From Candidatus Obscuribacteraceae bacterium (GTDB lineage: Bacteria; Cyanobacteriota; Vampirovibrionia; Obscuribacterales; Obscuribacteraceae): 64,000 bases of DNA. The first letter of the stretch is position 1, and the number at the start of each line of letters is the position of its first letter. The DNA is taken from positions 160,001-224,000 of the forward strand of contig JBGASG010000006.1 of the NCBI GenBank assembly GCA_044229845.1. Reading direction: 5' to 3'. This document shows positions 30,272-38,973 of this stretch, piece by piece. The position numbers and the translations under genes are program-made. The notes beneath the pieces were generated by a model that saw nothing but the letters and a program-made list of their open reading frames with translations, was not told where the DNA came from and did no database searches.

Positions 30272-30310
30272 AAAACGAAAGCCCCGCACCTTATTGGAGG
30301 TGCGGGGCTT
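30272..30310 (-). terminator. attenuator terminator upstream of ilvD
   Basis: Minus strand aagccccgcacc-tccaataa-ggtgcggggctt-tcgtttt. Confidence 0.85.
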
Positions 30311-30333
30311 ATGTGATGCTTGTTAGGTATTAC

Positions 30334-30432
30334 CTACACAAGGAGCCCGCACCTCGGAGACGCAATAAGTACCAGAATTACAATAATTCCGGCAAAAGCG
30401 TTGAGGATAAGGAGACCTTGGTTGGCTTGCAT
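30334..30432 (-). CDS. ilvL: ilv operon leader peptide (32 aa) MQANQGLLILNAFAGIIVILVLIASPRCGLLV
   Basis: Ile/Leu/Val-rich uORF. Its 3' part (gaggtgcgggct) is complementary to the terminator 5' arm and can act as antiterminator. Confidence 0.85.
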   Translation of the reverse strand: MQANQGLLILNAFAGIIVILVLIASPRCGLLV

Positions 30433-30461
30433 CTTAGTTATGTGAGCTGGGAAGGGGGGCG

Positions 30462-32132
30462 CTAGGCGCCCTTAACTCCTTCTAGCATACGTGTCCATTC
30501 TGAGGTGTCAATTACTTGTGTCGAGTCTTTTCGTTTTCCGTTCACATTGTTTACGCAGTAGCGACTTCTGACGTACGACTTATTAAGCGCCGCGACGAGA
30601 GATTTCATTGCTGACACTTCTATGTCTTGATCTGATGCAGTACCTTCGCAACGCACACCATTGTGGTCGACGATCTCGATCGTCGAGGTAGAAACGGCGC
30701 TCACGCCGCTCGTTTCGGCGCGGCTGAAATGCGTAACAATGTCGAAACCGCCGAAGTAATCTTCCAATGCAATCTTGAGTGCAGCAATCGCTGAATCTTT
30801 GCCCGGCTGTTCGTGATTGATGATGATCTCTTTGCCGTGAAACGTGCCGTACATAATCACGTGCGCGCGCCCGTCGTTCTTGGCGTAGTCGACACGGTCG
30901 ACGGTCATCGGACTGCGATAGTCGAAGTAAGCATTCATCAACTCGCTGTCAGTGATGCCTTTACGACGCTGGCTGAACTTGTCTTTGACATACTGCGCGA
31001 TCACCGCTTTCTCTTTGTCGTCGCAGTGGTAGCCCGCGGCTTCGATAATGGCTTTGGCGTGGTTGCCGCCGGACAATGGTCCGAAGATGAACGTCACCGG
31101 CTTGCCAATGACGCGCGGATCAAACGGCTGGTACGCAGTCGGATTCTTCAAGATAGCATTGGTGTGACCGCCACTGGAGTGGCAGGCGGCGTTGTTGCCG
31201 GTGACAGGCCAGTGCGGTTGACGCGGCAACATGTGGTCGTGTACGAAATCGGAGACTTCCTGCAATCTGGTGGCGTCGCAGCGCGTGTGGAACGGACCTT
31301 GCGGTGCGGTTCCACCGAATTGCGCGATCAGCATGATGCACTGCTCGAGCGACGCATTGCCGGCGCGTTCGCCGATGCCGTTGATGCAGCCTTCAATTTG
31401 GCGCGCCGGACCTTCGAAGACGCCGTTTATGCTGTTTTGGACGGCCAGTCCGAAGTCGTTGTGGCAATGTACGGACCAGATAACGTTATTGTTCGGGAAC
31501 TCGCGGTCGATAATGTCTGCGTGGCGCGACATGTGTTTGACGAAATATTGTTCGCCTTCCATAACGGAGGCACCGCCAATGGTATCCGGGCAATTGATCA
31601 CGGAGGCGCCCGCATCGACGGCAGCGCGAATCAGTTCGGTGACGAAGTCGAAATTGGCGCCCATACGCGAGTAGCCTTCCGGGCTGAACTGCGCTTCGCA
31701 GCCGGCGTCGACAGCCATTTTGATCAAGTCGTAGACGCTGCGCACGATCGCTTCGCGATCGGCGGCTTTGTCGCCTAATGACGCAGCCATCAATGACGGA
31801 TCGACCGGCACATATGTGTGCACCCTCGCCTTGCCTCGGGGAATGGCGGCGCGCACCGATTCGATGGTACGCTCCACTTGCTCGGGTCGCAGCTGACACA
31901 ACGCCGCGATCACCGGGCTATGCTCGCGCGTGGTGATTTCTTCAGCGATCGCTTTGACGATCTCGAAGTCCATAACGCTCGCCGACGGGAACCCCGCCTC
32001 CAGAACATCGACTCTCAAGTCTGCCGCGAGCCTGGCATAAGCAATATTGTTCTCGAAGCTCATTCCGGCGCCCGGGCACTGCTGCCCATCGCGCAATGTG
32101 GTATCGAAAATTCTGACTTGACCGTCTCGCAT
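30462..32132 (-). CDS. leuA: 2-isopropylmalate synthase
   Basis: FDTTLRDGQQCPG, LEAGFP, PDTIG, HCHNDFG, GIGERAGN; preceded by a Leu-rich leader. Confidence 0.9.
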   Translation of the reverse strand: MRDGQVRIFDTTLRDGQQCPGAGMSFENNIAYARLAADLRVDVLEAGFPSASVMDFEIVKAIAEEITTREHSPVIAALCQLRPEQVERTIESVRAAIPRGKARVHTYVPVDPSLMAASLGDKAADREAIVRSVYDLIKMAVDAGCEAQFSPEGYSRMGANFDFVTELIRAAVDAGASVINCPDTIGGASVMEGEQYFVKHMSRHADIIDREFPNNNVIWSVHCHNDFGLAVQNSINGVFEGPARQIEGCINGIGERAGNASLEQCIMLIAQFGGTAPQGPFHTRCDATRLQEVSDFVHDHMLPRQPHWPVTGNNAACHSSGGHTNAILKNPTAYQPFDPRVIGKPVTFIFGPLSGGNHAKAIIEAAGYHCDDKEKAVIAQYVKDKFSQRRKGITDSELMNAYFDYRSPMTVDRVDYAKNDGRAHVIMYGTFHGKEIIINHEQPGKDSAIAALKIALEDYFGGFDIVTHFSRAETSGVSAVSTSTIEIVDHNGVRCEGTASDQDIEVSAMKSLVAALNKSYVRSRYCVNNVNGKRKDSTQVIDTSEWTRMLEGVKGA

Positions 32133-32177
32133 TATTGGATGTCCTTATCTCAGTTTTGGGATTTGTGGATAACAACT

Positions 32178-32208
32178 AAAAAGGGCTCTGTTCTATAAAC
32201 AGAGCCCC
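32178..32208 (-). terminator. attenuator terminator upstream of leuA
   Basis: Minus strand gggctctgtt-tatag-aacagagccc-ttttt. Confidence 0.85.
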
Positions 32209-32235
32209 AAGGAGGATTGCTAAATGACTCTGTTT

Positions 32236-32325
32236 CTAATTCTCCAGGCTAAGCAGAAGCGCCCCGCCGTTAAGCAGGAGGCTAAGCGCGCCGAGGAGAA
32301 GTTGAAACTGTGTCATTGATTGCAT
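32236..32325 (-). CDS. leuL: leu leader peptide (29 aa) MQSMTQFQLLLGALSLLLNGGALLLSLEN
   Basis: 11 Leu codons; aaacagagtc just after the stop can pair with the terminator 5' arm. Confidence 0.85.
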   Translation of the reverse strand: MQSMTQFQLLLGALSLLLNGGALLLSLEN

Positions 32326-32331
32326 GCCACC

Positions 32332-32361
32332 GTTTTAGTCGACGTTCAACCGATCTGTCAA
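32332..32361 (-). promoter_or_regulatory. putative sigma70 promoter of leuL-leuA
   Basis: TTGACA-18-TAAAAC, 6 nt before the leader ATG. Confidence 0.55.
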
Positions 32362-32454
32362 CAGAAATTTTTCGCCGTGTAAACATTCGCCCCGACCAGA
32401 CATTCGGGGCGGCACCATATATGGTGTCATCTCGCATCGCGATATGACGGATCT

Positions 32455-32581
32455 CATCCGCATCACGGCATCTGCCACCGCACCTGCCATTCCCGCATCG
32501 GACTTCGCATCCCCCATCGCACCTGCCGTCGCATCCCCCATCGCATCCCCCGTCGCATCCCCCATCGCATCCCCCATCGCT
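32455..32581. repeat. degenerate 12-bp tandem repeat
   Basis: Repeats of cccccatcgcat / cccgtcgcat. Confidence 0.75.
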
Positions 32582-32722
32582 CCATGTTTCCGCCAGCATC
32601 AAACACTCCAGCACTGAGACCATCAATAGTTCGCGGCTAAGCCCACGTGCGAGCGCGCGACTTAGTCGTCGCGGTCGGGTATAAGATCTACGTACAATCC
32701 AGTTCACCCTAAGGAATCCGCT

Positions 32723-33808
32723 GTGGGACAACGTGATATCGAAAAAGAATCACCAGCAGCGAAGGTCGTGCAGCAAGCCACGGACGGCAAGGACATCTCC
32801 GAGGCATACAACGCACTACCGCCAGAGGACAAGCGTGCGGTATTTGCCGCATTACGCAACGGGCAAAAATCCGACCAGCCCGGGTTGAATAGCCTCGTGG
32901 TCACGGGCCTGGATATTGATGGCGACGGCAAGGAAGACGTTTTAGCAGACGTGTACAACAGCAAAACAGGGGCGGACCTCTATAACCGCCCCGGTGAAGC
33001 TGGCAACAGTCCCGAAGCGCGGGCGGCGAGGGAGCGCGCGCTTATGTCCCGCGCCACTCAGATGGACGTAACCAACCCGTCCGGGCTGGACAATGCAACG
33101 GTCTCCAGCGCTCGGGAATACTGGGAAAAGGCGAATCAAAACGCAGACTCAGCCACTAAAGCGGTTCTTTCGGCAATCGCGCATGACGTATTAATGCCGA
33201 TGGCCGCAATGGACTATTTGGCAAACGTAGATCCGAAGCTGGTCGCCGAAGGACGTAAGCAGGCAAAATTTTCCGAGTCCGGACAACTACAGATTCAAGG
33301 CGGCGTTCTGCGCCCAGATAGCCCCCAGGAAGTGGAAAAGTTTCGCACCTGGCTCGATTCCAAAATCCCGCGCGATGGACAGGAGTCTACCGACGATAAG
33401 CGGACAGCACTGATACTGAAACTGGCACTGGCGGATGCCAGCCTGGAAACCGCCAACCCCCATGAGCAGTGCTCAAGGGCTTACTCAACTCTCTTGCAGA
33501 TGCGGGTTGCCATGAACAGCTTCGCTCCCGGCAAGAACAATGGCAATGCCTCCGACATCGCCAACGCCGAACATTTTCTGGAAACGTCGTTTCGGGTCTC
33601 TGCACCCATAACAGAAAGCAACGATGGCGATGCAGGCATCGGACACGGTCCGCTTTCTGCCCCCGCCTGGGCCGTCATCGCTCCCACCTACGGGGTGCTC
33701 AAGAAGCTCGGTTTCTTCGAGGGCTCAAAAGCCGGCACCCAGCAAACAGGCTGGGAACTTGCCGGCATCGGTCACGGATTGCGCGTTTACGCCCGCACAA
33801 ATCGGTAG
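32723..33808 (+). CDS. hypothetical protein
   Basis: 361-aa ORF, GTG start with AAGGA upstream; DIDGDGKED Ca-binding-like motif. Confidence 0.65.
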   Translation: MGQRDIEKESPAAKVVQQATDGKDISEAYNALPPEDKRAVFAALRNGQKSDQPGLNSLVVTGLDIDGDGKEDVLADVYNSKTGADLYNRPGEAGNSPEARAARERALMSRATQMDVTNPSGLDNATVSSAREYWEKANQNADSATKAVLSAIAHDVLMPMAAMDYLANVDPKLVAEGRKQAKFSESGQLQIQGGVLRPDSPQEVEKFRTWLDSKIPRDGQESTDDKRTALILKLALADASLETANPHEQCSRAYSTLLQMRVAMNSFAPGKNNGNASDIANAEHFLETSFRVSAPITESNDGDAGIGHGPLSAPAWAVIAPTYGVLKKLGFFEGSKAGTQQTGWELAGIGHGLRVYARTNR

Positions 33809-33820
33809 CCCTCGTACAGG

Positions 33821-33907
33821 AGAGCTAAAGCGATATCGCTTTAGCTTCTCCGAACTGGAGCGATATCGCTTTAGCTTCTCCGAACTGGAGCGATATCGCT
33901 TTAGCTT
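33821..33907. repeat. GCGATATCGC palindromic repeat, 3 copies at a 30-bp period
   Basis: agagctaaagcgatatcgctttagcttctccgaactggagcgatatcgctttagcttctccgaactggagcgatatcgctttagcttt. Confidence 0.9.
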
Positions 33908-33933
33908 TGAGGGAGGGGGCTGGAGCTTGACAG

Positions 33934-35220
33934 CTAGCGGACGATACGGCTTTCGTAGAGGGCGGCTTCTTGCGGTTTTTTGTCGCGGCGATAGGCATCC
34001 TGGATGGCATCGACAGATGCGCGCAGCATCTTGGAGTACTTGCGGTCGCCTTGCGCCAAAATCGACTCGCGTAACACCATTTCCGCATCGGAGTAATTTC
34101 CGGCGTTAGTGTACATCTTGCCCAGTTCCAGGGAGCTACTCCAGAACATGGGGTCTACGTTGTAGCCGCGCTGGACATCCCATGCGGCACGGAGATTCGT
34201 GATGGCTTCTTTTTGTAATTTGGGATCATTGCGCTGAATCATAGCAATGTGAAACTTTGCCACAGCCATTTCCTCCTCTTCCTTGAGGGCGGTGGCAATC
34301 TCCAGAGCCTCTTGAGCCGAGGCCAGCGAATCTTTGGTCTGATTCATTTCGCGTTGACAGCCCGCTTGCAGGTTGAGGAGCATGACTCGGTAGTGGCGAT
34401 CTGTGATTTGCGGGTCCTGCAGATACTTCTGAATTAGGGGCATCGCTTGCGTGTATTTTTCTTCGCGGACGTAGTGCTGAATCAAATTGGTGGCGGCGGT
34501 CAACGCTTCGGCGCTGTTGGCACCATATTTGGTGCAGCTTTTTTCGTAGAGAAGAGCGTGCTGCTTCTCGCGCTCTTCAAACGTAATCCGTTTCTCGCCG
34601 GGCTTGGGCTCGCTGCTCTGCAGTTGTTCCACCATGGCGCCCGCGGTGGTGCGACGCAGTTTCTCTGCCTCCGCAGTCTGTCCAGTGGCAGCCAGAACGC
34701 GTGCCAGCGCTTCTGTCGCTTCATCCCAAACGCGCGTTCCAGCAGAAGAGCGCCAGGACAATTTGCGCGCCTTGGTGAACAGTTCCCTTGCTTGCGGCAG
34801 CTCTCCTTGTTTCTCCAGAATGTAGCCGTATCCAAGGTACGCTACCGCCATCGGCTTGCCGACGCGCAGAAGAGCTTCTTCGGACTTGACGGTACCGCTC
34901 CATCTCTCGTATGAGCTGATGCCTTCTTCGAAGAGTTTGGCGGCTTCTTCCTCTTTGCCTTGTTTTCTCAAAACTTCGGCGAGGGAAACCACGGTTGTGG
35001 TCCGCCGTGGGTCGCTTTTCTGGAAGTGGTCGGCCAGGTCGATCGCCTGCTCATACTTCGCTTGCGCTACATCGAGTTTCTGGCGGCGTTCGGCCGAGAC
35101 GGCCTCAGCGGTGTATTGCTCCCAGAGGTCGTTGCGTTTCTGGCTCTCTACGCCCGCAAACGAACACCCCGACGCGCTTAGGGTCAGGGTGCCAGCGATA
35201 ATGATTAGTAGGAAACGCAT
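33934..35220 (-). CDS. TPR-repeat lipoprotein
   Basis: Lipobox-like LSASGC; many TPR-like helical repeats. Confidence 0.8.
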   Translation of the reverse strand: MRFLLIIIAGTLTLSASGCSFAGVESQKRNDLWEQYTAEAVSAERRQKLDVAQAKYEQAIDLADHFQKSDPRRTTTVVSLAEVLRKQGKEEEAAKLFEEGISSYERWSGTVKSEEALLRVGKPMAVAYLGYGYILEKQGELPQARELFTKARKLSWRSSAGTRVWDEATEALARVLAATGQTAEAEKLRRTTAGAMVEQLQSSEPKPGEKRITFEEREKQHALLYEKSCTKYGANSAEALTAATNLIQHYVREEKYTQAMPLIQKYLQDPQITDRHYRVMLLNLQAGCQREMNQTKDSLASAQEALEIATALKEEEEMAVAKFHIAMIQRNDPKLQKEAITNLRAAWDVQRGYNVDPMFWSSSLELGKMYTNAGNYSDAEMVLRESILAQGDRKYSKMLRASVDAIQDAYRRDKKPQEAALYESRIVR

Positions 35221-35330
35221 GAACGACGTCCGAGCGGCGCGGCTCTATAGCTCAATTCTACCGGACGGGTCCGCCATGGGCGAATCCGTCTTAGATTACG
35301 ACGTGCTTGGTTCTCTGTGGTCGGCGTTTC

Positions 35331-35579
35331 CTAGCGGCGTGGCTTGCTCACCTGTTGGTCGCCGAGCAGGGGCGACAACACCATGCGATTGCCTTGCACA
35401 GAAACGAACTGCGCGAGCACTTCCTCGCCCTCACGAAATTTCATCGGGGTGACCAGATACCCCGGTTGATTGCTCGTGGTTTTGACCGCGTATCCACCCA
35501 CAGTCGCTGCTTCGATGCGGCAGACGACGTTCTGTCCGGCTTTGAGGCCGGAACCTTTGTTCCAATGATTCAGCGTCAT
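35331..35579 (-). CDS. small S1/OB-fold-like protein
   Basis: GQNVVCRI...GGYAV...GYL...GEEVLAQF...RMVLS pattern. Confidence 0.55.
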   Translation of the reverse strand: MTLNHWNKGSGLKAGQNVVCRIEAATVGGYAVKTTSNQPGYLVTPMKFREGEEVLAQFVSVQGNRMVLSPLLGDQQVSKPRR

Positions 35580-35697
35580 GTCTTGGGATTCCTAAAAAAA
35601 GACCAGCGGCAACCCAGCTTGCCACTTGTCTTATACCCAAAATCGCCTCGCTTCAACCGCCAAGACCCGCATGTAAAGCTAAACTTTGGCGATTAGC

Positions 35698-36183
35698 TTA
35701 CTCATCCGTAGTCTCACGTTTTGCATCCGATTGTTGATTGCGCGAAGTCTCCGATGATTTTGCCTGAAATCCGAATTCTTTGAACCGCAGTTGGCTTTTC
35801 ACTTCGCTGACGCCCAGGACATCACGCGCGATCTCCTCCGCAAGCCGTTTCTCATATTTGTTTGCCGCATAACCGCGCAACGAAACAATGCCATCCAGCA
35901 CGCCAATCTCCATGTCACCGGCATCCAGATCCGGATGGTGCGTGAGCCGCTTGTAGAGCTCGTCCTCGATAGATTGATCCGAGCGTACGTAGTCCTTCGG
36001 ACCGCGCCCCGCAAACTGCCCCGGCGTCCAGTTGGCCGGCATGACGCCTTCGTCGGCTTCGTCGTCGTAGGGTTCGAGGACGCGTCCGTTTCGAGAAACC
36101 CAGCCGCGCTTGCGCCCGTAGGCAATCCATCGCTGGAAGTCGCCGCCCTCAATGTCGTCTATCATGCCGAGATCCGCTCCCAC
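35698..36183 (-). CDS. BON domain protein
   Basis: GRGPKDYVRSDQSI...LDAGDMEIGV.DGIVSLRG...AEEIA..VLGVSEV. Confidence 0.85.
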   Translation of the reverse strand: MGADLGMIDDIEGGDFQRWIAYGRKRGWVSRNGRVLEPYDDEADEGVMPANWTPGQFAGRGPKDYVRSDQSIEDELYKRLTHHPDLDAGDMEIGVLDGIVSLRGYAANKYEKRLAEEIARDVLGVSEVKSQLRFKEFGFQAKSSETSRNQQSDAKRETTDE

Positions 36184-36361
36184 AGCTAGTTACGAGTACA
36201 AGTTACTGGATGGTAACTGCTTTGAATGTGACTGATCGACAGTCTACGAGCGGAATTGTTACGACTTTGGAACCTTAGTGGCGGTAATCACCAATAAAGC
36301 CAGCCTGGTCAAAGCAGATGCCCCTAATATATGAATGTCGTTAGCGAGCAAAGAGGAACTT

Positions 36362-36595
36362 ATGAGAAACCTGCTTTCCCTTTTGACCATAGCCGCCCTC
36401 TCGTGCGCGGCAGCCTACGCAAACTGCGGCGATGAAGACTGCGGCAAAGGCGACTGCAGCAAATCCAAAGCCGGCTGCAACAAGAAATCGAAGAAAACCA
36501 GCAAGAAAGCTGCTGAATCGGCGAAAAAAGCAGATGCCAGCGCCGCCGATGCGTCCGCTACTGAAAAGCCCGCAGAAACGCCTGCTGCGCAATAA
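36362..36595 (+). CDS. small secreted Cys/Lys-rich protein
   Basis: GAGG RBS, signal peptide, NCGDEDCGKGDCSKSKAGC. Confidence 0.65.
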   Translation: MRNLLSLLTIAALSCAAAYANCGDEDCGKGDCSKSKAGCNKKSKKTSKKAAESAKKADASAADASATEKPAETPAAQ

Positions 36596-36602
36596 GCCAG
36601 CT

Positions 36603-37988
36603 TTAGTTGTTCAATTTTCGCTGTAGCAGGGAATCGCGATTCTCTTGCAGCCAGCGTATGTTGGCAAAACTTGTGCCCCCGAGAATGCCTGTAATCGGCA
36701 GATTCGGGGTCATTTTTTCCATGGTCATTTTGAGCCCGACGGGCAGGTCAGTGGGGACGACTTCCTGACCGCCGCCCGGCAGAAATGGAGCCTGTCCGAA
36801 CTTGAGCGGAGCACTCACCGGTTTGCTCATGTCCAGAATCAATCCGTTGGTCTGCACGGCTCCGGCCGGAGCCGCGAAGGTGATGTCGGTGCCCGTGAGG
36901 CGGAATCCAGGTACGGTGCCCTCTCCGGCAAGGTTTCTAAACGGATTGGCGACGACGCCAAAGACACCGTCAGCAGGTTTTGCCAGCGAATGGTTGGCTG
37001 AAAACGGGTCGGGGGTCCCATCCGGTCTTTGTGAACGCAGCTGCACTGCTGCGCTCATGAAGTCGGGGCTGAACTCGCCGGGTCCATTGTTGCCTGCGGC
37101 GTGGACGACGGTGATTCCTTTATCTTGAAGCCGCTGAATCGCCGCATTGGTGTCAACGATGCGAGAGGCAATCTTGCGTTCTTCGGGCGTGCTGGCGGGA
37201 TTGTTGACGATCGCTTGCATGCCCTGGAGAATTCTGTCTTTGTTGGCTGCCAAATTCTCGGGAGTAACGTTGAGATCCGGCATCCCGCCTTTAGTTTGCA
37301 ACATGGAAGAAACTTTGGTGAACGACAGGTCGGGGTTGTTTCCCAAACTGATGTTGATGACATCGCCCTTTCCGAGCGGCAGTTCGCCGCTGTTGATCTT
37401 TTGCTCGATGCCCATGAGCGGCATGGCGAAATTGGCTCCGGTACCGTCCCACGGCGCCGTCGTGTTGTCCTGAACGCGAACGACGTTGAATCCGTTCTGC
37501 CGAGCCGCCTGGGCGGTCGGTTCGCCGTGCGGCAATCCGTTGCCCTGCGAATCCAGAGGTTCGGTGTTGCGAATGGTGTTTCTGAAATCGTCGAGAACCA
37601 CCACAGTCGGCTTGGACGGGTCGAGGTTCTGGGCGCTGTCCAACATGGTGATCGATTTGCGGGGGTCGATGCTGGCAGGGCGCTCAGGCGGCAGCGGAAC
37701 GCCGCGATCGCCCTTTTTCGATTTGAGGGCGCGGGTCAGGTCATCACCAAAACTGTCGGCTCCAGTAAACGCGTTATCGAACACCAGGTCGTTGCCGCCT
37801 TGGCTGTTCGGCTGCAGGACGCTGTCTCTCTGGTTGAAGGTGCCGCTGCCCTGATTACCGCTGCTCTGATTGCCGACGACGCTATCGAACTGCGCCAGCA
37901 ATTGTGGTGAGTCAAAGTTAGGCTGTTGAACCGCATCCCTGACGGGCGGTCTAACTGGGGCATCGCTGCCCGCGATTTCATCGGCCAT
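36603..37988 (-). CDS. divergent S8-like serine protease without a signal peptide
   Basis: VVVLDD, PHGE, INISLG, HAAGN, GTSFA motifs. Confidence 0.7.
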   Translation of the reverse strand: MADEIAGSDAPVRPPVRDAVQQPNFDSPQLLAQFDSVVGNQSSGNQGSGTFNQRDSVLQPNSQGGNDLVFDNAFTGADSFGDDLTRALKSKKGDRGVPLPPERPASIDPRKSITMLDSAQNLDPSKPTVVVLDDFRNTIRNTEPLDSQGNGLPHGEPTAQAARQNGFNVVRVQDNTTAPWDGTGANFAMPLMGIEQKINSGELPLGKGDVINISLGNNPDLSFTKVSSMLQTKGGMPDLNVTPENLAANKDRILQGMQAIVNNPASTPEERKIASRIVDTNAAIQRLQDKGITVVHAAGNNGPGEFSPDFMSAAVQLRSQRPDGTPDPFSANHSLAKPADGVFGVVANPFRNLAGEGTVPGFRLTGTDITFAAPAGAVQTNGLILDMSKPVSAPLKFGQAPFLPGGGQEVVPTDLPVGLKMTMEKMTPNLPITGILGGTSFANIRWLQENRDSLLQRKLNN

Positions 37989-38133
37989 GCAATAGTAAGG
38001 TGAGCGAGGTGGGGGTCTGCCGTGATACTAGCAAAACGGGCGTGCAGTCCTCGTGAAAGCCGGCAGGACGGCAAGATCCCCTCGGAGGAGCGCTCACTTA
38101 CTTTGGCCGTCCGGATCCCCGGAGAAACGCTCC

Positions 38134-38928
38134 CTAGGCGGTGCGAGCGATTTCGGCGTCGGCGCAAATTAGAGTTCCCGGGTGTCCGGGATTGAACGTG
38201 TTGCGCACGCGAATCTGGACACCGTGCTGCTTAGCCAGCGTCACGGAGCGATCATGAATTACCTGCGCGCCCGCGCGGGCCATTTCGAAGCAGTGGTCGT
38301 AGCCTATCTCGGGAATCAAGACGGCGCCGGCAACTTTGTTGGGGTCGGCGGTAAAAACTCCGTCGACATCGGTAAAGATGTGGCAGACGCCCGCGCCGAC
38401 CGCGGCGGCCAGCGCCACGGCGGACGTGTCCGACCCGCCGCGCCCCAGGGTCGTGATGTCACCGTCGACGGTGCTGCCCTGGAATCCGGCGACGACGATC
38501 ACGTCATTGTCTTGCAGTTCTTCCAGGATGTGCGGAGCATCGACGGTGAGGATGCGGGCACAGCCGTGTTCGGCTTCAGTGAGCACACCAATCTGCTGAC
38601 CGGTAAATGATTTGGCGCGCACGCCGCAGGACTTGAGAATCATGGTCAAAAGCGCGATCGAGACTTGCTCTCCGGTGGACAACAGAACATCCAGCTCGCG
38701 CTTATCCGGCTGCTCCGCACAGCGCAGCGCCAACTGATACAGATGATCCGTGGTATCACCCATCGCCGACACGACGACGATGGTTTTCTGTTGCTTCGAG
38801 AACGATTGCACGATCTGGGCAACGTTCTGCATTCTGCCGATGCCGCGCACCGACGTGCCTCCAAATTTGAGCACGGCGATGCTTTGAATATTGGTCTGAT
38901 TGTTTACCCGCAGGTTAACAGCGCACAT
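38134..38928 (-). CDS. lysC: aspartate kinase, catalytic domain only (no ACT domains)
   Basis: KFGGTSV, VVVSAMGDTTD, TLGRGGSDTSA, TDVDGVFTADP; ends right after PGTLI; GGAGG RBS. Confidence 0.88.
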   Translation of the reverse strand: MCAVNLRVNNQTNIQSIAVLKFGGTSVRGIGRMQNVAQIVQSFSKQQKTIVVVSAMGDTTDHLYQLALRCAEQPDKRELDVLLSTGEQVSIALLTMILKSCGVRAKSFTGQQIGVLTEAEHGCARILTVDAPHILEELQDNDVIVVAGFQGSTVDGDITTLGRGGSDTSAVALAAAVGAGVCHIFTDVDGVFTADPNKVAGAVLIPEIGYDHCFEMARAGAQVIHDRSVTLAKQHGVQIRVRNTFNPGHPGTLICADAEIARTA

Positions 38929-38973
38929 ATTTCCTCCAATCAAGGTATTGCTTAATCTCGTGTCGATCCAAAT

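Noticed and set aside
32282..32731. Cys-rich (GGCD)n ORF as a RiPP precursor
   Set aside because: It is one reading of a 12-bp microsatellite, overlaps the leuL promoter and leader, and has no adjacent modifying enzymes.
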